Assembly (NCBI GenBank): GCA_051003195.1
Contig: JBPCLP010000004.1
Span: 1-56,514, forward strand
Length of the DNA: 56,514 nt
Direction: 5' to 3'
Source of the DNA: Candidatus Sumerlaeaceae bacterium
GTDB lineage: Bacteria > Sumerlaeota > Sumerlaeia > Sumerlaeales > Sumerlaeaceae
Positions 20,834 through 29,102 of this stretch are shown here, piece after piece; position 1 is the first letter of the stretch; each line of letters opens with the position of its first letter. Made by a program: the position numbers and the translations under genes. The notes below the pieces were generated by a model. That model was not told the DNA's origin. It searched no databases and saw only the letters and a program-made list of their open reading frames with translations.

Positions 20834-21624
20834 GCGGCGGTTCCCCCCGGCGCAGGCTTAGCTGCAGCGATTCCAGTATGGTTGATCATGTGCGCCAGAA
20901 GCCCCGCCCCGAATCCGTTATCAATGTTCACCGTCGCAATTCCACCGCTGCACGAGTTCAGCATGCCCAGCAATGCAGTGATGCCTCCCAAAGATGCTCC
21001 ATAGCCTACGCTGGTAGGGACGGCGATCACGGTTCCGCGCACAAGGCCTGCCACAACACTCGGCAACGCTGCCTCCATCCCCGCGACAACCACCAGTACT
21101 GTGGCACTCTGCAATGTTTCGAGATGAGAAAAAAGCCGCTGGATGCCTGCGACACCGACATCGTACACGCGCCGCACCTCGTTTCCCCACACCTCGAGGC
21201 AAACGGCCGCCTCTTCCGCAACGGGAACATCGGTAGTGCCTGCAGTCACGACTGCTACATATCCATGCCCCGGAACCACGGCCTCATTGCCCCTGGCGAG
21301 GACTCTCGCCGACGCGTAATAGCTCAGATCCGGGCAGGAACTTCTTACAAATGCGGCTGTTTCGGCATCAATCCGGGTGCAGATTACGGTCTGGCCCAGC
21401 GCCCCCAGTCGCACCACGATTTCCAGCACCTGCTCCGGCGTTTTGCCCTCGCAGTAGATAGCCTCTGAAACGCCGCGGCGCCGTTTGCGATCCGTATCGA
21501 GCTTGATAGCGCCGAGGTCCACAAAGCTCGATTGAAGCAGCGCGAGCGCCTGTTCTGCCTGTTCCGGCGAAAGGCTGCCACTTGCCACCTTGTCAAGCAC
21601 TCCACGAATCTCTGTCTGCTTCAT
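20830..21624 (-). CDS. larB: Nickel-pincer cofactor biosynthesis protein LarB
   Basis: AGTTDVPVAEEA, DVGVAG, PTSVGYG, VNIDNGFGA; start may be 21624 or 21651. Confidence 0.92.
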   Translation of the reverse strand: MKQTEIRGVLDKVASGSLSPEQAEQALALLQSSFVDLGAIKLDTDRKRRRGVSEAIYCEGKTPEQVLEIVVRLGALGQTVICTRIDAETAAFVRSSCPDLSYYASARVLARGNEAVVPGHGYVAVVTAGTTDVPVAEEAAVCLEVWGNEVRRVYDVGVAGIQRLFSHLETLQSATVLVVVAGMEAALPSVVAGLVRGTVIAVPTSVGYGASLGGITALLGMLNSCSGGIATVNIDNGFGAGLLAHMINHTGIAAAKPAPGGTAA

Positions 21625-21777
21625 CAGAAGGCGGATCGTTCCTGCTTGCACTGCCGTGTCAATCCGCTTGCGACTGGCATCGAAAATGCCCGCACGAAGA
21701 TAAGTTTCTCTGCTGCATCCGCCGCTTGCTGCGGGCGCAATCAGAGCCTAAATTTGTCTATCTGGAAGGACGCTGAA

Positions 21778-22518
21778 ATGCAGATGCACCTCAACATGGA
21801 AACCGACCTGATTTTTTACCTCCTCGGTATTATCATTCTCCTCTCATTAATAGCCGCGGTGGGCGCGTGGAGGCGGCCACCCCAGCTTACGCGCGACGAA
21901 GCGGAAGACCTATTCGCAACATCGCACGAGCGCAATGCGGCCGAAGCTCAGCGATTGCGCGAGTCAGTAACCGAAGCGCAACGCGCCAGCGCGGACAAGC
22001 TGATAGCCCTGCGGGCGGAAACCCAGGAACTGCTTGGTGGGATGAGCCAGTTGCTGGAACATACCGCAGGTGAATTACGCGGAACCCTTACACAAGCCAC
22101 CGAGCAGCAGGAGGAAAGCATTCGCAAAAACCTCGGCGACCTGAGCAGCAATGTAACTGCCGCCCTGACCGAAGCGAAGCGCAGCCAGGATGCCGGCATC
22201 GAAAAAGTCGAGGGGACACTCCAGCAGGTACGTACGGAGGTCGATCGCGCCAGCACCGAAGTAAAAACGTCCATCGTCGAGCTCCAGCGCCAGCACAACG
22301 AGGCAAAGGCACAGTCTGCCATCCAGCTTTGCGAAGCGCTGATATCCTCGCTGGGCACGCTACGTAATACGATCGCCGGCCAGATTGCCGAATCGCGCCA
22401 CGCCGACATACTACTTCCCAACCAGGAGTTTGCATCGGACCAGGCAGGTCCACAAGCGGCACCGGATGGGCCGCAAGACCAGGAATACGAAGCCCGCGAG
22501 AACCAGGTTCCTTCTTAG
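21778..22518 (+). CDS. Hypothetical membrane-anchored coiled-coil protein
   Basis: One N-terminal TM helix (LIFYLLGIIILLSLIAAVGAW) then an E/Q/A-rich helical region. Confidence 0.7.
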   Translation: MQMHLNMETDLIFYLLGIIILLSLIAAVGAWRRPPQLTRDEAEDLFATSHERNAAEAQRLRESVTEAQRASADKLIALRAETQELLGGMSQLLEHTAGELRGTLTQATEQQEESIRKNLGDLSSNVTAALTEAKRSQDAGIEKVEGTLQQVRTEVDRASTEVKTSIVELQRQHNEAKAQSAIQLCEALISSLGTLRNTIAGQIAESRHADILLPNQEFASDQAGPQAAPDGPQDQEYEARENQVPS

Positions 22519-22719
22519 AACATCGCGAAATCTATCCGCTGCTATCGTTGCACTTCGCGCCTCATGTCGCTGCGCCTTGGGGAAACGGCTCTATTGTGTG
22601 CTTGACCTGAGCTTCGCCCTGAAGTCCAACTAACGCGCTGGTAATATGATCCCGCTGAAATTGGCAGCCGTTCTCTGGACAGCAGCCAATCGTACCTGTA
22701 GATGGACGGAGGTAGCAAG

Positions 22720-23205
22720 ATGGACGTGCGCCGAGTTGTTTCTTTTGCAGCTCCGCTGCTGTGGTTTGCGGTTATCCTGCAAGGTTGCGCCGCGAAAAAA
22801 GGCCTTAATAACGTAGGCTTGGCGGCAAGCCAGTCGCCGAGCACCTCTGTGCAACCTCCCGTGGCGGCCGCTGAGCGCCCCCCCTATGCGCTATCCGCGC
22901 AATGCAACGGTCCCATGGTGCAGTTTCGGCTGCAGAACCTTGGAAACACAGACTTGCAGATCGAAAACAAAGATTTTGCCCTCGTCGTTCCGGGTAAAAG
23001 CCGCAAAGTGATCCCATATAGCAAGCAGACCGTAAGTGTGGATCTACCCACCAGGGTTGTGGGGCCGAATGAGACGGTGCAAGGCCGGGCCGTTTTTAAC
23101 GACAACATCATGCCGACTGGTTGCCGGCTGGTCTTTAAGCCTTACTCGCGCCCGCAAGACGGCGGCACTTTCGCGGAAATCGGTTCGCGTCCTGCGACCC
23201 TTTAA
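22720..23205 (+). CDS. Hypothetical lipoprotein
   Basis: GGAGG RBS; signal peptide ending in lipobox LQG-C. Confidence 0.7.
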   Translation: MDVRRVVSFAAPLLWFAVILQGCAAKKGLNNVGLAASQSPSTSVQPPVAAAERPPYALSAQCNGPMVQFRLQNLGNTDLQIENKDFALVVPGKSRKVIPYSKQTVSVDLPTRVVGPNETVQGRAVFNDNIMPTGCRLVFKPYSRPQDGGTFAEIGSRPATL

Positions 23206-23232
23206 CCTCGGCGTTAGATGTTGCAGCGATAC

Positions 23233-23331
23233 CAAGTGTGCCGTCCCAGAAGTTCATATCTATACTTCAGGAGGCTTTCGAGCTCGGAAGGCACACAAAA
23301 CCAGCGAGCGAATTAACGGGACAATACCTAT
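23233..23331 (+). repeat. 92-bp MITE-like element, subtype A (right end slightly degenerate)
   Basis: CAAG-TGTGCCGTCCCAGAAGTTC...GGAAGGCACA...GAATTAACGGGACAATAC-CTAT; abuts the thiL stop. Confidence 0.88.
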
Positions 23332-24368
23332 TGCGTCGGACCGAAATGCTGAAATGTGTCGTCCGCCAGTTCTACCTTAGCTCCGCTGGAGTCGTGGAAA
23401 TTAACACCGACTATTGGCGCTACAGAGCCGATCTGCGTTACGGGCACGCTGATACCTGAGGCCGCGAGACCCGCCGCCAGTTCCTCCCGGGTCGCGCGAC
23501 AGCAAAATAACAGTTCAAATTCTTCTCCGCTAAACATGGCAAATTGCTGCGCGTTTACTCCCCTGCTTTTGCAAAAGGGCACGACACCGTCAAATAACGG
23601 AATGCGATGAATGGCAACGTTCAACCCGGCGTGGCTGGCGTCCGCCAGCAAATGCAGCTCATTAAAAATCCCATCGCTCACGTCTATGATCGCAACATCC
23701 CCGTGATGCGCCGCAAGGTAGCGGCCTAGTTCAATCCGTGGCTCGGGAACCTGCTGGCGCCGGATTAACTTTACGACCCCATCAGGCTCCAGCGCCGACT
23801 GCAGCTCGGGTCGAAGCTGCAGTTCCAATCCGGCTCTGCACCCACCCAGTGCTCCGCTTACAAAAACATTCTGTCCGGCGCTGCAGTTCGATCGCGCGCA
23901 CGAACCATCGCTCAAGAGCTTGCTGCCCGTCACGGCTATATTAAGGGTGAGCTTCGCAGCACGAACGGTGTCGCCGCCCACCAGCCGAACGCTCCAGCGA
24001 GCGCATTCCAATTGGAGGCCCTTATACAGCTCCACCACGTCCCGTACCTGCAGTTCTCCCGGAAGGCCGATACTCACCAGCGCGCATTCGGGCTGTGCAC
24101 CCATGGCCGCCATGTCGCTTACGTTTGCCACAATGGCCCGGCGGCCAAGGGCTACAAAATCGGTACGTATGGTTCGAAGGAAATGCGTATCCTCAACAAG
24201 TAGATCGGTCGTAAGCACCTGCAACGGCCGCACCGGGTCCGGGTGATAGACCGCGCAGTCGTCCCCGATGCTGACTACCAGGTTGTCATCCGGTGGTGAG
24301 AGGAACGGGCGTATTGCATTCAAGATACCCTGTTCGCCCGCCTCTTGAACCGTTGCCTGGTCCGTCAA
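23328..24368 (-). CDS. thiL: Thiamine-phosphate kinase
   Basis: IGDDCA, TTDLLVEDTHF, NVSDMAAMGA, GGDT, IDVSDG, GEEFELLF. Confidence 0.93.
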   Translation of the reverse strand: MTDQATVQEAGEQGILNAIRPFLSPPDDNLVVSIGDDCAVYHPDPVRPLQVLTTDLLVEDTHFLRTIRTDFVALGRRAIVANVSDMAAMGAQPECALVSIGLPGELQVRDVVELYKGLQLECARWSVRLVGGDTVRAAKLTLNIAVTGSKLLSDGSCARSNCSAGQNVFVSGALGGCRAGLELQLRPELQSALEPDGVVKLIRRQQVPEPRIELGRYLAAHHGDVAIIDVSDGIFNELHLLADASHAGLNVAIHRIPLFDGVVPFCKSRGVNAQQFAMFSGEEFELLFCCRATREELAAGLAASGISVPVTQIGSVAPIVGVNFHDSSGAKVELADDTFQHFGPTQ

Positions 24369-25012
24369 CGAACCGCTTTCGCGTTATCAATCAGCTCGGA
24401 CAATTCCCGCACTTTCGCCTCGATCTCCCCAGAGGCCATGACTTCGCGGATGACAGCTATGTTATCTGCACCTGCGCGTATCACGTCCGGGATTGCAGCC
24501 GACGTTATGCCGCCGATCGCGACAATAGGTTGGGACACATGCTTTCTTACCCATTTGATGTGCTCCAGCCCCACGGGCGAATTCGACGATTGTTTCGACT
24601 GCGTCGGGAACACTGGCCCGACCGCTATATAACTCACCGGCTGCGTCGAAGCCAAAAGGGCCTGTTGCTTCGTATGGGTGGAAATTCCGATAATTGCGCC
24701 GGGTCCTAATGTTTCGCGTGCAATGTAGGGTGGAAAGTCCTCCTGGCCAAGGTGAACGCCATCGGCTTCTATCTCCTTTGCAAGGTACGGGTTATCGTTC
24801 ACCAGCAGTGTGGCCCCGGCTTCCCTGGTCAGTTTACGGAGTACATGTCCCACTTGCAGCAGATCTTCAAAACGAGCGCCTTTGTCGCGCAACTGGATGA
24901 CTTTGGCGCCGCCGGCCAATGCACGCGTAGCTGCCTCAAGGTGCCCCAATCCGGAAAGTTTGGAATCCAGGATCACGTACAGGCCCCAGGCGCAGTTCGG
25001 CGATCGGCTCAT
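24365..25012 (-). CDS. thiE: Thiamine-phosphate synthase
   Basis: LYVI, IQLRDK, VNDN, GVHLGQED, GISTH, GPVFPTQSK, AIGGI; start uncertain (25012 or 25081). Confidence 0.92.
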   Translation of the reverse strand: MSRSPNCAWGLYVILDSKLSGLGHLEAATRALAGGAKVIQLRDKGARFEDLLQVGHVLRKLTREAGATLLVNDNPYLAKEIEADGVHLGQEDFPPYIARETLGPGAIIGISTHTKQQALLASTQPVSYIAVGPVFPTQSKQSSNSPVGLEHIKWVRKHVSQPIVAIGGITSAAIPDVIRAGADNIAVIREVMASGEIEAKVRELSELIDNAKAVR

Positions 25013-25087
25013 GGAAGCAACATTGCGTACGCGCGTATGTGCAGCAACTGATTTCGCCGATGCTTGCAGCAACCCGGACAAAGACTG

Positions 25088-25187
25088 CTAATGTGCCATC
25101 CTGGAAGTTCATAGCTATACTTCAGTAAGCTTTTGAGCTCGGACGGCACATAAAACCAGTGAACGAATTAATGAGACACCACCCTAA
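25088..25187 (+). repeat. 92-bp MITE-like element, subtype A, flanked by CTAA/CTAA
   Basis: CTAA-TGTGCCATCCTGGAAGTTC...GGACGGCACA...GAATTAATGAGACACCACC-CTAA; cores exactly 96 bp apart. Confidence 0.9.
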
Positions 25188-25190
25188 ATT

Positions 25191-25217
25191 AGAAAAGCCC
25201 CCCGGTGACCGGGGGGC
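25191..25217 (-). terminator. Rho-independent terminator of the Cys-rich peptide gene
   Basis: Perfect 9-bp stem GCCCCCCGG/CCGGGGGGC with 3-nt loop, followed by TTTTCT on the minus strand. Confidence 0.75.
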
Positions 25218-25248
25218 CGCCTCACAACTTTAAGCTGTGTTGTGCGGA

Positions 25249-25506
25249 TTAGTAGCCGCAGCTGAAGATGCTGGAAATGCCGCAGCCGATGCCGCTGATC
25301 AAACCACCAACGCCACTGACCACACCACCAACCAGGCCGAACGGATTAAAGCAGGCAGGCTCGCAGGCTGGCGCACAAGCGGGTGCACAAACAGGAGCAC
25401 AACGTGGTGCACAAGGAGCCGGTCCATAATGCTTACCGCCAGCAAATGCACCCGTCGGAGCTACGCAAATCGCGGCCAGAACTAGAGCCGCAGCAAACTT
25501 CTTCAT
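25249..25506 (-). CDS. Small secreted Cys/Pro-rich peptide with Gly-rich C-terminus
   Basis: GGAGG RBS; signal peptide ending AFA; tandem C-[AE]-P-x units; own terminator. Confidence 0.75.
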   Translation of the reverse strand: MKKFAAALVLAAICVAPTGAFAGGKHYGPAPCAPRCAPVCAPACAPACEPACFNPFGLVGGVVSGVGGLISGIGCGISSIFSCGY

Positions 25507-25763
25507 GTGTTACCTCCAAGGATAATTGTTACATCTCGCGCAAGTGATGCAAAAGCCGTGCACAGTATTTCAACAGAAATATGATTATCTTTATAAGTTG
25601 TTTTGCGGATCAACCAATTACGGGTAAATGCAGAAGAAACAAAGCTTCTTGTTTACACTTCCTTAAATTGCATCCGGACTTGCCGCAAAACCGGGAATCT
25701 TGGCTGTGACCATTATCCACAGGCTACTGTGCCGTATTAAAACACAAGTGTCGTACGTCTCTA

Positions 25764-25779
25764 CGGCATATGGGTTGCT
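25764..25779 (+). promoter_or_regulatory. Putative sigma54 promoter for SDR remnant and yihY-like gene
   Basis: CGGCAT-ATGGG-TTGCT (GG-N10-GC), 38 nt upstream of TTG 25817. Confidence 0.5.
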
Positions 25780-25816
25780 CCACTGTCAGCGCACCGTTTA
25801 ATGAAGGAGCCGCCGC

Positions 25817-26010
25817 TTGAGTAAGTCCAAACAGACCCTGCCACCCCAGCACCAGGATCAACAGCCAGGATCGGAGCCGATACACCGCTTGGCCGGCCAG
25901 GCCAGCGCGAGGAGGTTGCGCCTTGCTTTGTTTTCCTGGCATCCGACGACTCCTCTTATATGACAGGCCAGATTCTGCACCCAAACGGCGGCACCATTGT
26001 AAATGGCTGA
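25817..26010 (+). pseudogene. Internally deleted YdaD/YhxC-type SDR oxidoreductase
   Basis: AAGGAG RBS, then MSKSKQTLPPQHQDQQPGSE joined out of frame to GADTPLGRPGQREEVAPCFVFLASDDSSYMTGQILHPNGGTIVNG*. Confidence 0.85.
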
Positions 26011-26959
26011 GGACGGGACCACTCCCTCCGGACGTGCATCGCTCTTCCAAATACTGAGGCAGACGGTCAAAGAGTGGGATGAGGACAATGTACCCCGTCT
26101 CGGGGCAGCATTGGCGTACTACGCCATTTTCTCGATCGCGCCGCTGGCCCTTCTATCCATTGCGGTGGCGTCTTTTTTCGTCGGTGAGGAAGCCGCACGC
26201 GGCCAGCTTCACGGCCAGTTACGCGGCTACCTCGGAGAATACGGTGCACAGGCAGTCCAGGCGCTGGTTGGAAGCGCAAAAACCAACAACACAACAGGAC
26301 CCGTGGCAGTCGCTTTCGGCGTCGTTACGCTGCTCTACGGGGCCGGCGGCGTATTTACCCAGCTGAAGGAAAGCCTGAATATCATCTGGGGCGTAACCGA
26401 GCGCAAAAAAGGCGTTAAGAACTTCCTTCTCAACCGCCTGATATCCTATGTGATGGTGCTGTTCATCGGCTTCCTGTTAATCGCCGCGGCCATCGCGAGC
26501 ACCGTCATCACCGCGGTACTTAAATACCTGCACACTACGCCGCCGCACATCCACTTCATGGATTTCGGAATCTCGTTCGTCCTGCTCACGATTCTCTTTG
26601 GTATTATTTTCAAGGTGCTTCCGGACGTAAAACTGGCCTGGCGGAACGTCTGGCTGGGAGCAGCCGTCACGTCTGTCCTTTTCAGCCTCGGCAAAATGGC
26701 TATCGGCTTTTACCTCGCAAGAGGTGGGGTGGCAAATAGTTACGGCGCAGCCGGATCCATTGTCGTTCTCATGATCTGGGTCTACTATTCCGCACAAATT
26801 GTCTTTTTTGGCGCAGAATTTACGCAGGTGCACTCGAAGCTACGCTCGATCCCATCCGAGCCAGCCCCCAACGCGATGCTCACTTCAGAGGCTGAAGCCA
26901 CGGGTAAAGAGGCGCACAGTGAAAAGGCCACAGCCATACCAAGTGTGCCGAATCAGTAG
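26003..26959 (+). CDS. YihY / BrkB family membrane protein
   Basis: GAALAYYAIFSIAP, SLNIIW, FKVLPD, YGAAGSIVVLMIWVYYSAQIVFFGAEF. Confidence 0.92.
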   Translation: MAEDGTTPSGRASLFQILRQTVKEWDEDNVPRLGAALAYYAIFSIAPLALLSIAVASFFVGEEAARGQLHGQLRGYLGEYGAQAVQALVGSAKTNNTTGPVAVAFGVVTLLYGAGGVFTQLKESLNIIWGVTERKKGVKNFLLNRLISYVMVLFIGFLLIAAAIASTVITAVLKYLHTTPPHIHFMDFGISFVLLTILFGIIFKVLPDVKLAWRNVWLGAAVTSVLFSLGKMAIGFYLARGGVANSYGAAGSIVVLMIWVYYSAQIVFFGAEFTQVHSKLRSIPSEPAPNAMLTSEAEATGKEAHSEKATAIPSVPNQ

Positions 26960-27160
26960 TTCCTTACCAGACCAAAGGGCAGAGTTGACCTCGATTCGGC
27001 ACTCAGAACCGAATACGTATTAACGGTAGACCACCCAAGTGTGCCGAATCAGTAGTTCCTATTCAGTTTGAGCGCGGAAGATGAGCTCCATTCGGCACAC
27101 AGAACCGAATACGTATTAACGGTAGACCACCCAAGTGTGCCGAATCAGTAGTTGCTTACC
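26940..27160 (+). repeat. Head-to-tail tandem of subtype-B 92-bp elements (2 full plus 1 left-end fragment)
   Basis: CAAG cores at 26940, 27036 and 27132 (96-bp period); unit TGTGCCGAATCAGTAGTT...ATTCGGCAC.CAGAACCGAATACGTATTAACGGTAGACCACC. Confidence 0.92.
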
Positions 27161-27181
27161 TAAAGCCTGCTCCCCCGCTGC

Positions 27182-27197
27182 TGGCACTTCGATTGCT
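27182..27197 (+). promoter_or_regulatory. sigma54 promoter for the ferritin-like gene
   Basis: TGGCAC-TTCGA-TTGCT matches TGGCAC-N5-TTGCW, 70 nt upstream of ATG 27267. Confidence 0.65.
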
Positions 27198-27266
27198 CCC
27201 GTCGATCGGTATACCACACCTCATGGTGCGCCGGCCACTCGGGCCGGCACGGAAAGGGCCGGAGAC

Positions 27267-27761
27267 ATGAAGATGGAGCATCTCAAGGACTTGTACCTTG
27301 AGGAACTGAAAGACATCTACAGCGCCGAGACACAACTGGTCACAGCGTTACCAAAGATGGCCAGGGCGGCACATTCGCCACAGTTGCAGGAATCATTCAA
27401 CGTGCACCTCGAACAGACCAAAGTGCAAGTGCAGCGGCTGGAGAAGATTTTCGACAGGCTGGGCGAAAAACCTACCGGTAAGAATTGCAAGGGTATGGCC
27501 GGGCTGATTATCGAAGGCGAAGAAATGATCCACGAAAAAGGGGAGCCGGAAGTGATTGATGCCGGCCTGATCGCCGCGGCGCAACGCGTGGAGCATTACG
27601 AGATCGCCGCGTATGGATGTGCGCGCACTTATGCGCGTATGCTTGGCGAGCGCGATGCCGAACAGATGCTCCAACAGACCCTCGATGAAGAAGAGGCGAC
27701 CGACAGGAAACTGACGGTACTGGCAGAAAGCAGCATCAATATCCAGGCAGCCCAACACTAA
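27267..27761 (+). CDS. Ferritin-like DUF892 (YciE/YciF family) stress protein
   Basis: ELKDIYSAE, HLEQT, CKGMAGLI, AAAQRVEHYEIAAYG, TLDEEEATDRKLT. Confidence 0.93.
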   Translation: MKMEHLKDLYLEELKDIYSAETQLVTALPKMARAAHSPQLQESFNVHLEQTKVQVQRLEKIFDRLGEKPTGKNCKGMAGLIIEGEEMIHEKGEPEVIDAGLIAAAQRVEHYEIAAYGCARTYARMLGERDAEQMLQQTLDEEEATDRKLTVLAESSINIQAAQH

Positions 27762-27818
27762 CCATAGCTGCTTCCAGCGGCTGATTCTTATTTTGCGGTA
27801 CCTATCGCGTAGTCAGGC

Positions 27819-27839
27819 AGCGGTGGGTGCCGCTTTTTT
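27819..27839 (+). terminator. Possible intrinsic terminator
   Basis: AGCGG...CCGCT short stem followed by a T-run after the DUF892 gene. Confidence 0.4.
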
Positions 27840-28029
27840 GTTGCGTGCTCTTCGACTAAAAGTCGTCGACATTGCGTAGAAACAGCGCCTCTGCGAGGAT
27901 GGACAAACAGGACTATCTTACGCAGGATTTAGCAGGATTGACAAAGGGAACGCTAATCAGGAAAGTTCATTCGTCGGTTCCTGCAAACCACTGCAAGGCT
28001 TCCATGCCGCAGGTTACGGAGATTGCACC

Positions 28030-28755
28030 ATGCGAATAGTAATACTATCAATGCTACTTTCAACCGGGGCCATCCTTTGCGCACAGCAGCAATCCGCTCC
28101 TGCGCCTGTGAAGGTAGCCAATGCAAAAACGGCCCCTTCTGGCTCCAGCGTAGTTGTGCGCGGAGCCGTTTCCCAATATAGGGCGCCCACGAGTGAGCGC
28201 GCGCCGCACTCCGTCACTATCAAAGACGATTCCGGCGAGTTGCGAGTGCCCATCTGGGAGGACGTTTGGAAGAAAATTGAATTTCGCGAGAAGCTAAAGA
28301 GCGCGGGAACCCTCGTCACAGCGCGAGTAAAGGTCTCAGAATTTCACGGCGAACCGGAAGGACGTGTTCTTGACGCGGCTGACATCAAAGAGGGCACGGT
28401 GTCTATCGCTCCTCTCACCCCCATTATCTGGATCGAAGACCTGCAGGAAGGCATGAAGCAGGCTACGGCCGCTGGCAAAGACATCTTTATTTTCTATTCT
28501 GCGGCGGATGCAGAGAATAGCCAGTTCCTCGAAACCAAAGTGCTCCAGGAACCGAAGGCCATCCGCGCCATAACAGACAAATACGTCCCGGTCCGGATCG
28601 ACATCATTAAGCAGCCCCGGCTCGCCACACAGCTTGGCATTTACCGCGGCGGTGTGTTCGCTTTGTACCGTAGCAATGGTAGCGCGATCAGTTTGGGGCC
28701 AATCAGCTCCGTGAGATCGGCGGATGATCTCCTCAAAGCGCTTACATCCCCGTAG
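28030..28755 (+). CDS. Secreted hypothetical protein (OB-fold-like plus thioredoxin-like domain without CxxC)
   Basis: Signal peptide; VVVRGAV...TIKDDSGELRV; IIWIEDLQEGMKQA...GKDIFIFYSA. Confidence 0.55.
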   Translation: MRIVILSMLLSTGAILCAQQQSAPAPVKVANAKTAPSGSSVVVRGAVSQYRAPTSERAPHSVTIKDDSGELRVPIWEDVWKKIEFREKLKSAGTLVTARVKVSEFHGEPEGRVLDAADIKEGTVSIAPLTPIIWIEDLQEGMKQATAAGKDIFIFYSAADAENSQFLETKVLQEPKAIRAITDKYVPVRIDIIKQPRLATQLGIYRGGVFALYRSNGSAISLGPISSVRSADDLLKALTSP

Positions 28756-29102
28756 CCTGCAGGTAACCTGGCATCGAAACTGGCTTGACTCATTTGGTTC
28801 ATTTGCGGCAAAAGAAATTTCTGATGCACAATTCGGGACAAAAGAGCACCTTCGAATACTGGCCGACTACCAGGTGTTTCGTCAGCTCGACCTCTGCAAT
28901 GCTGGTGCAGCCTTAGGCGCACCATGTGGCAGCACATGCCTCGCGCGGCGGCGCGCGAACAGCGTGCCGGCGTTCGGCCGCGGCCGCCATCCCAGTGCGC
29001 TACAGTCCTAATCGGCTTGCCTTTAGGGTGGCACCTTAGACCTGATGTCTCAAAGCTGAATTACGCATACTTTGCAGCTATTTCCAGCATTGAGGAACCC
29101 AC

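Noticed and set aside
25013..25248. TPP riboswitch upstream of thiE
   Set aside because: No CTGAGA or ACCTG-type core; the space is occupied by the 92-bp element and a terminator.
25546..25564. sigma54 promoter for the Cys-rich peptide (GTGCACGGCTTTTGCA, minus strand)
   Set aside because: The invariant -24 GG is TG; too weak to call.
26940..27160. CRISPR array (constant repeats with ~30-nt variable segments)
   Set aside because: The constant part is ~66 bp, the same unit occurs singly at other loci, the variable parts resemble those of other copies, and there are no cas genes.
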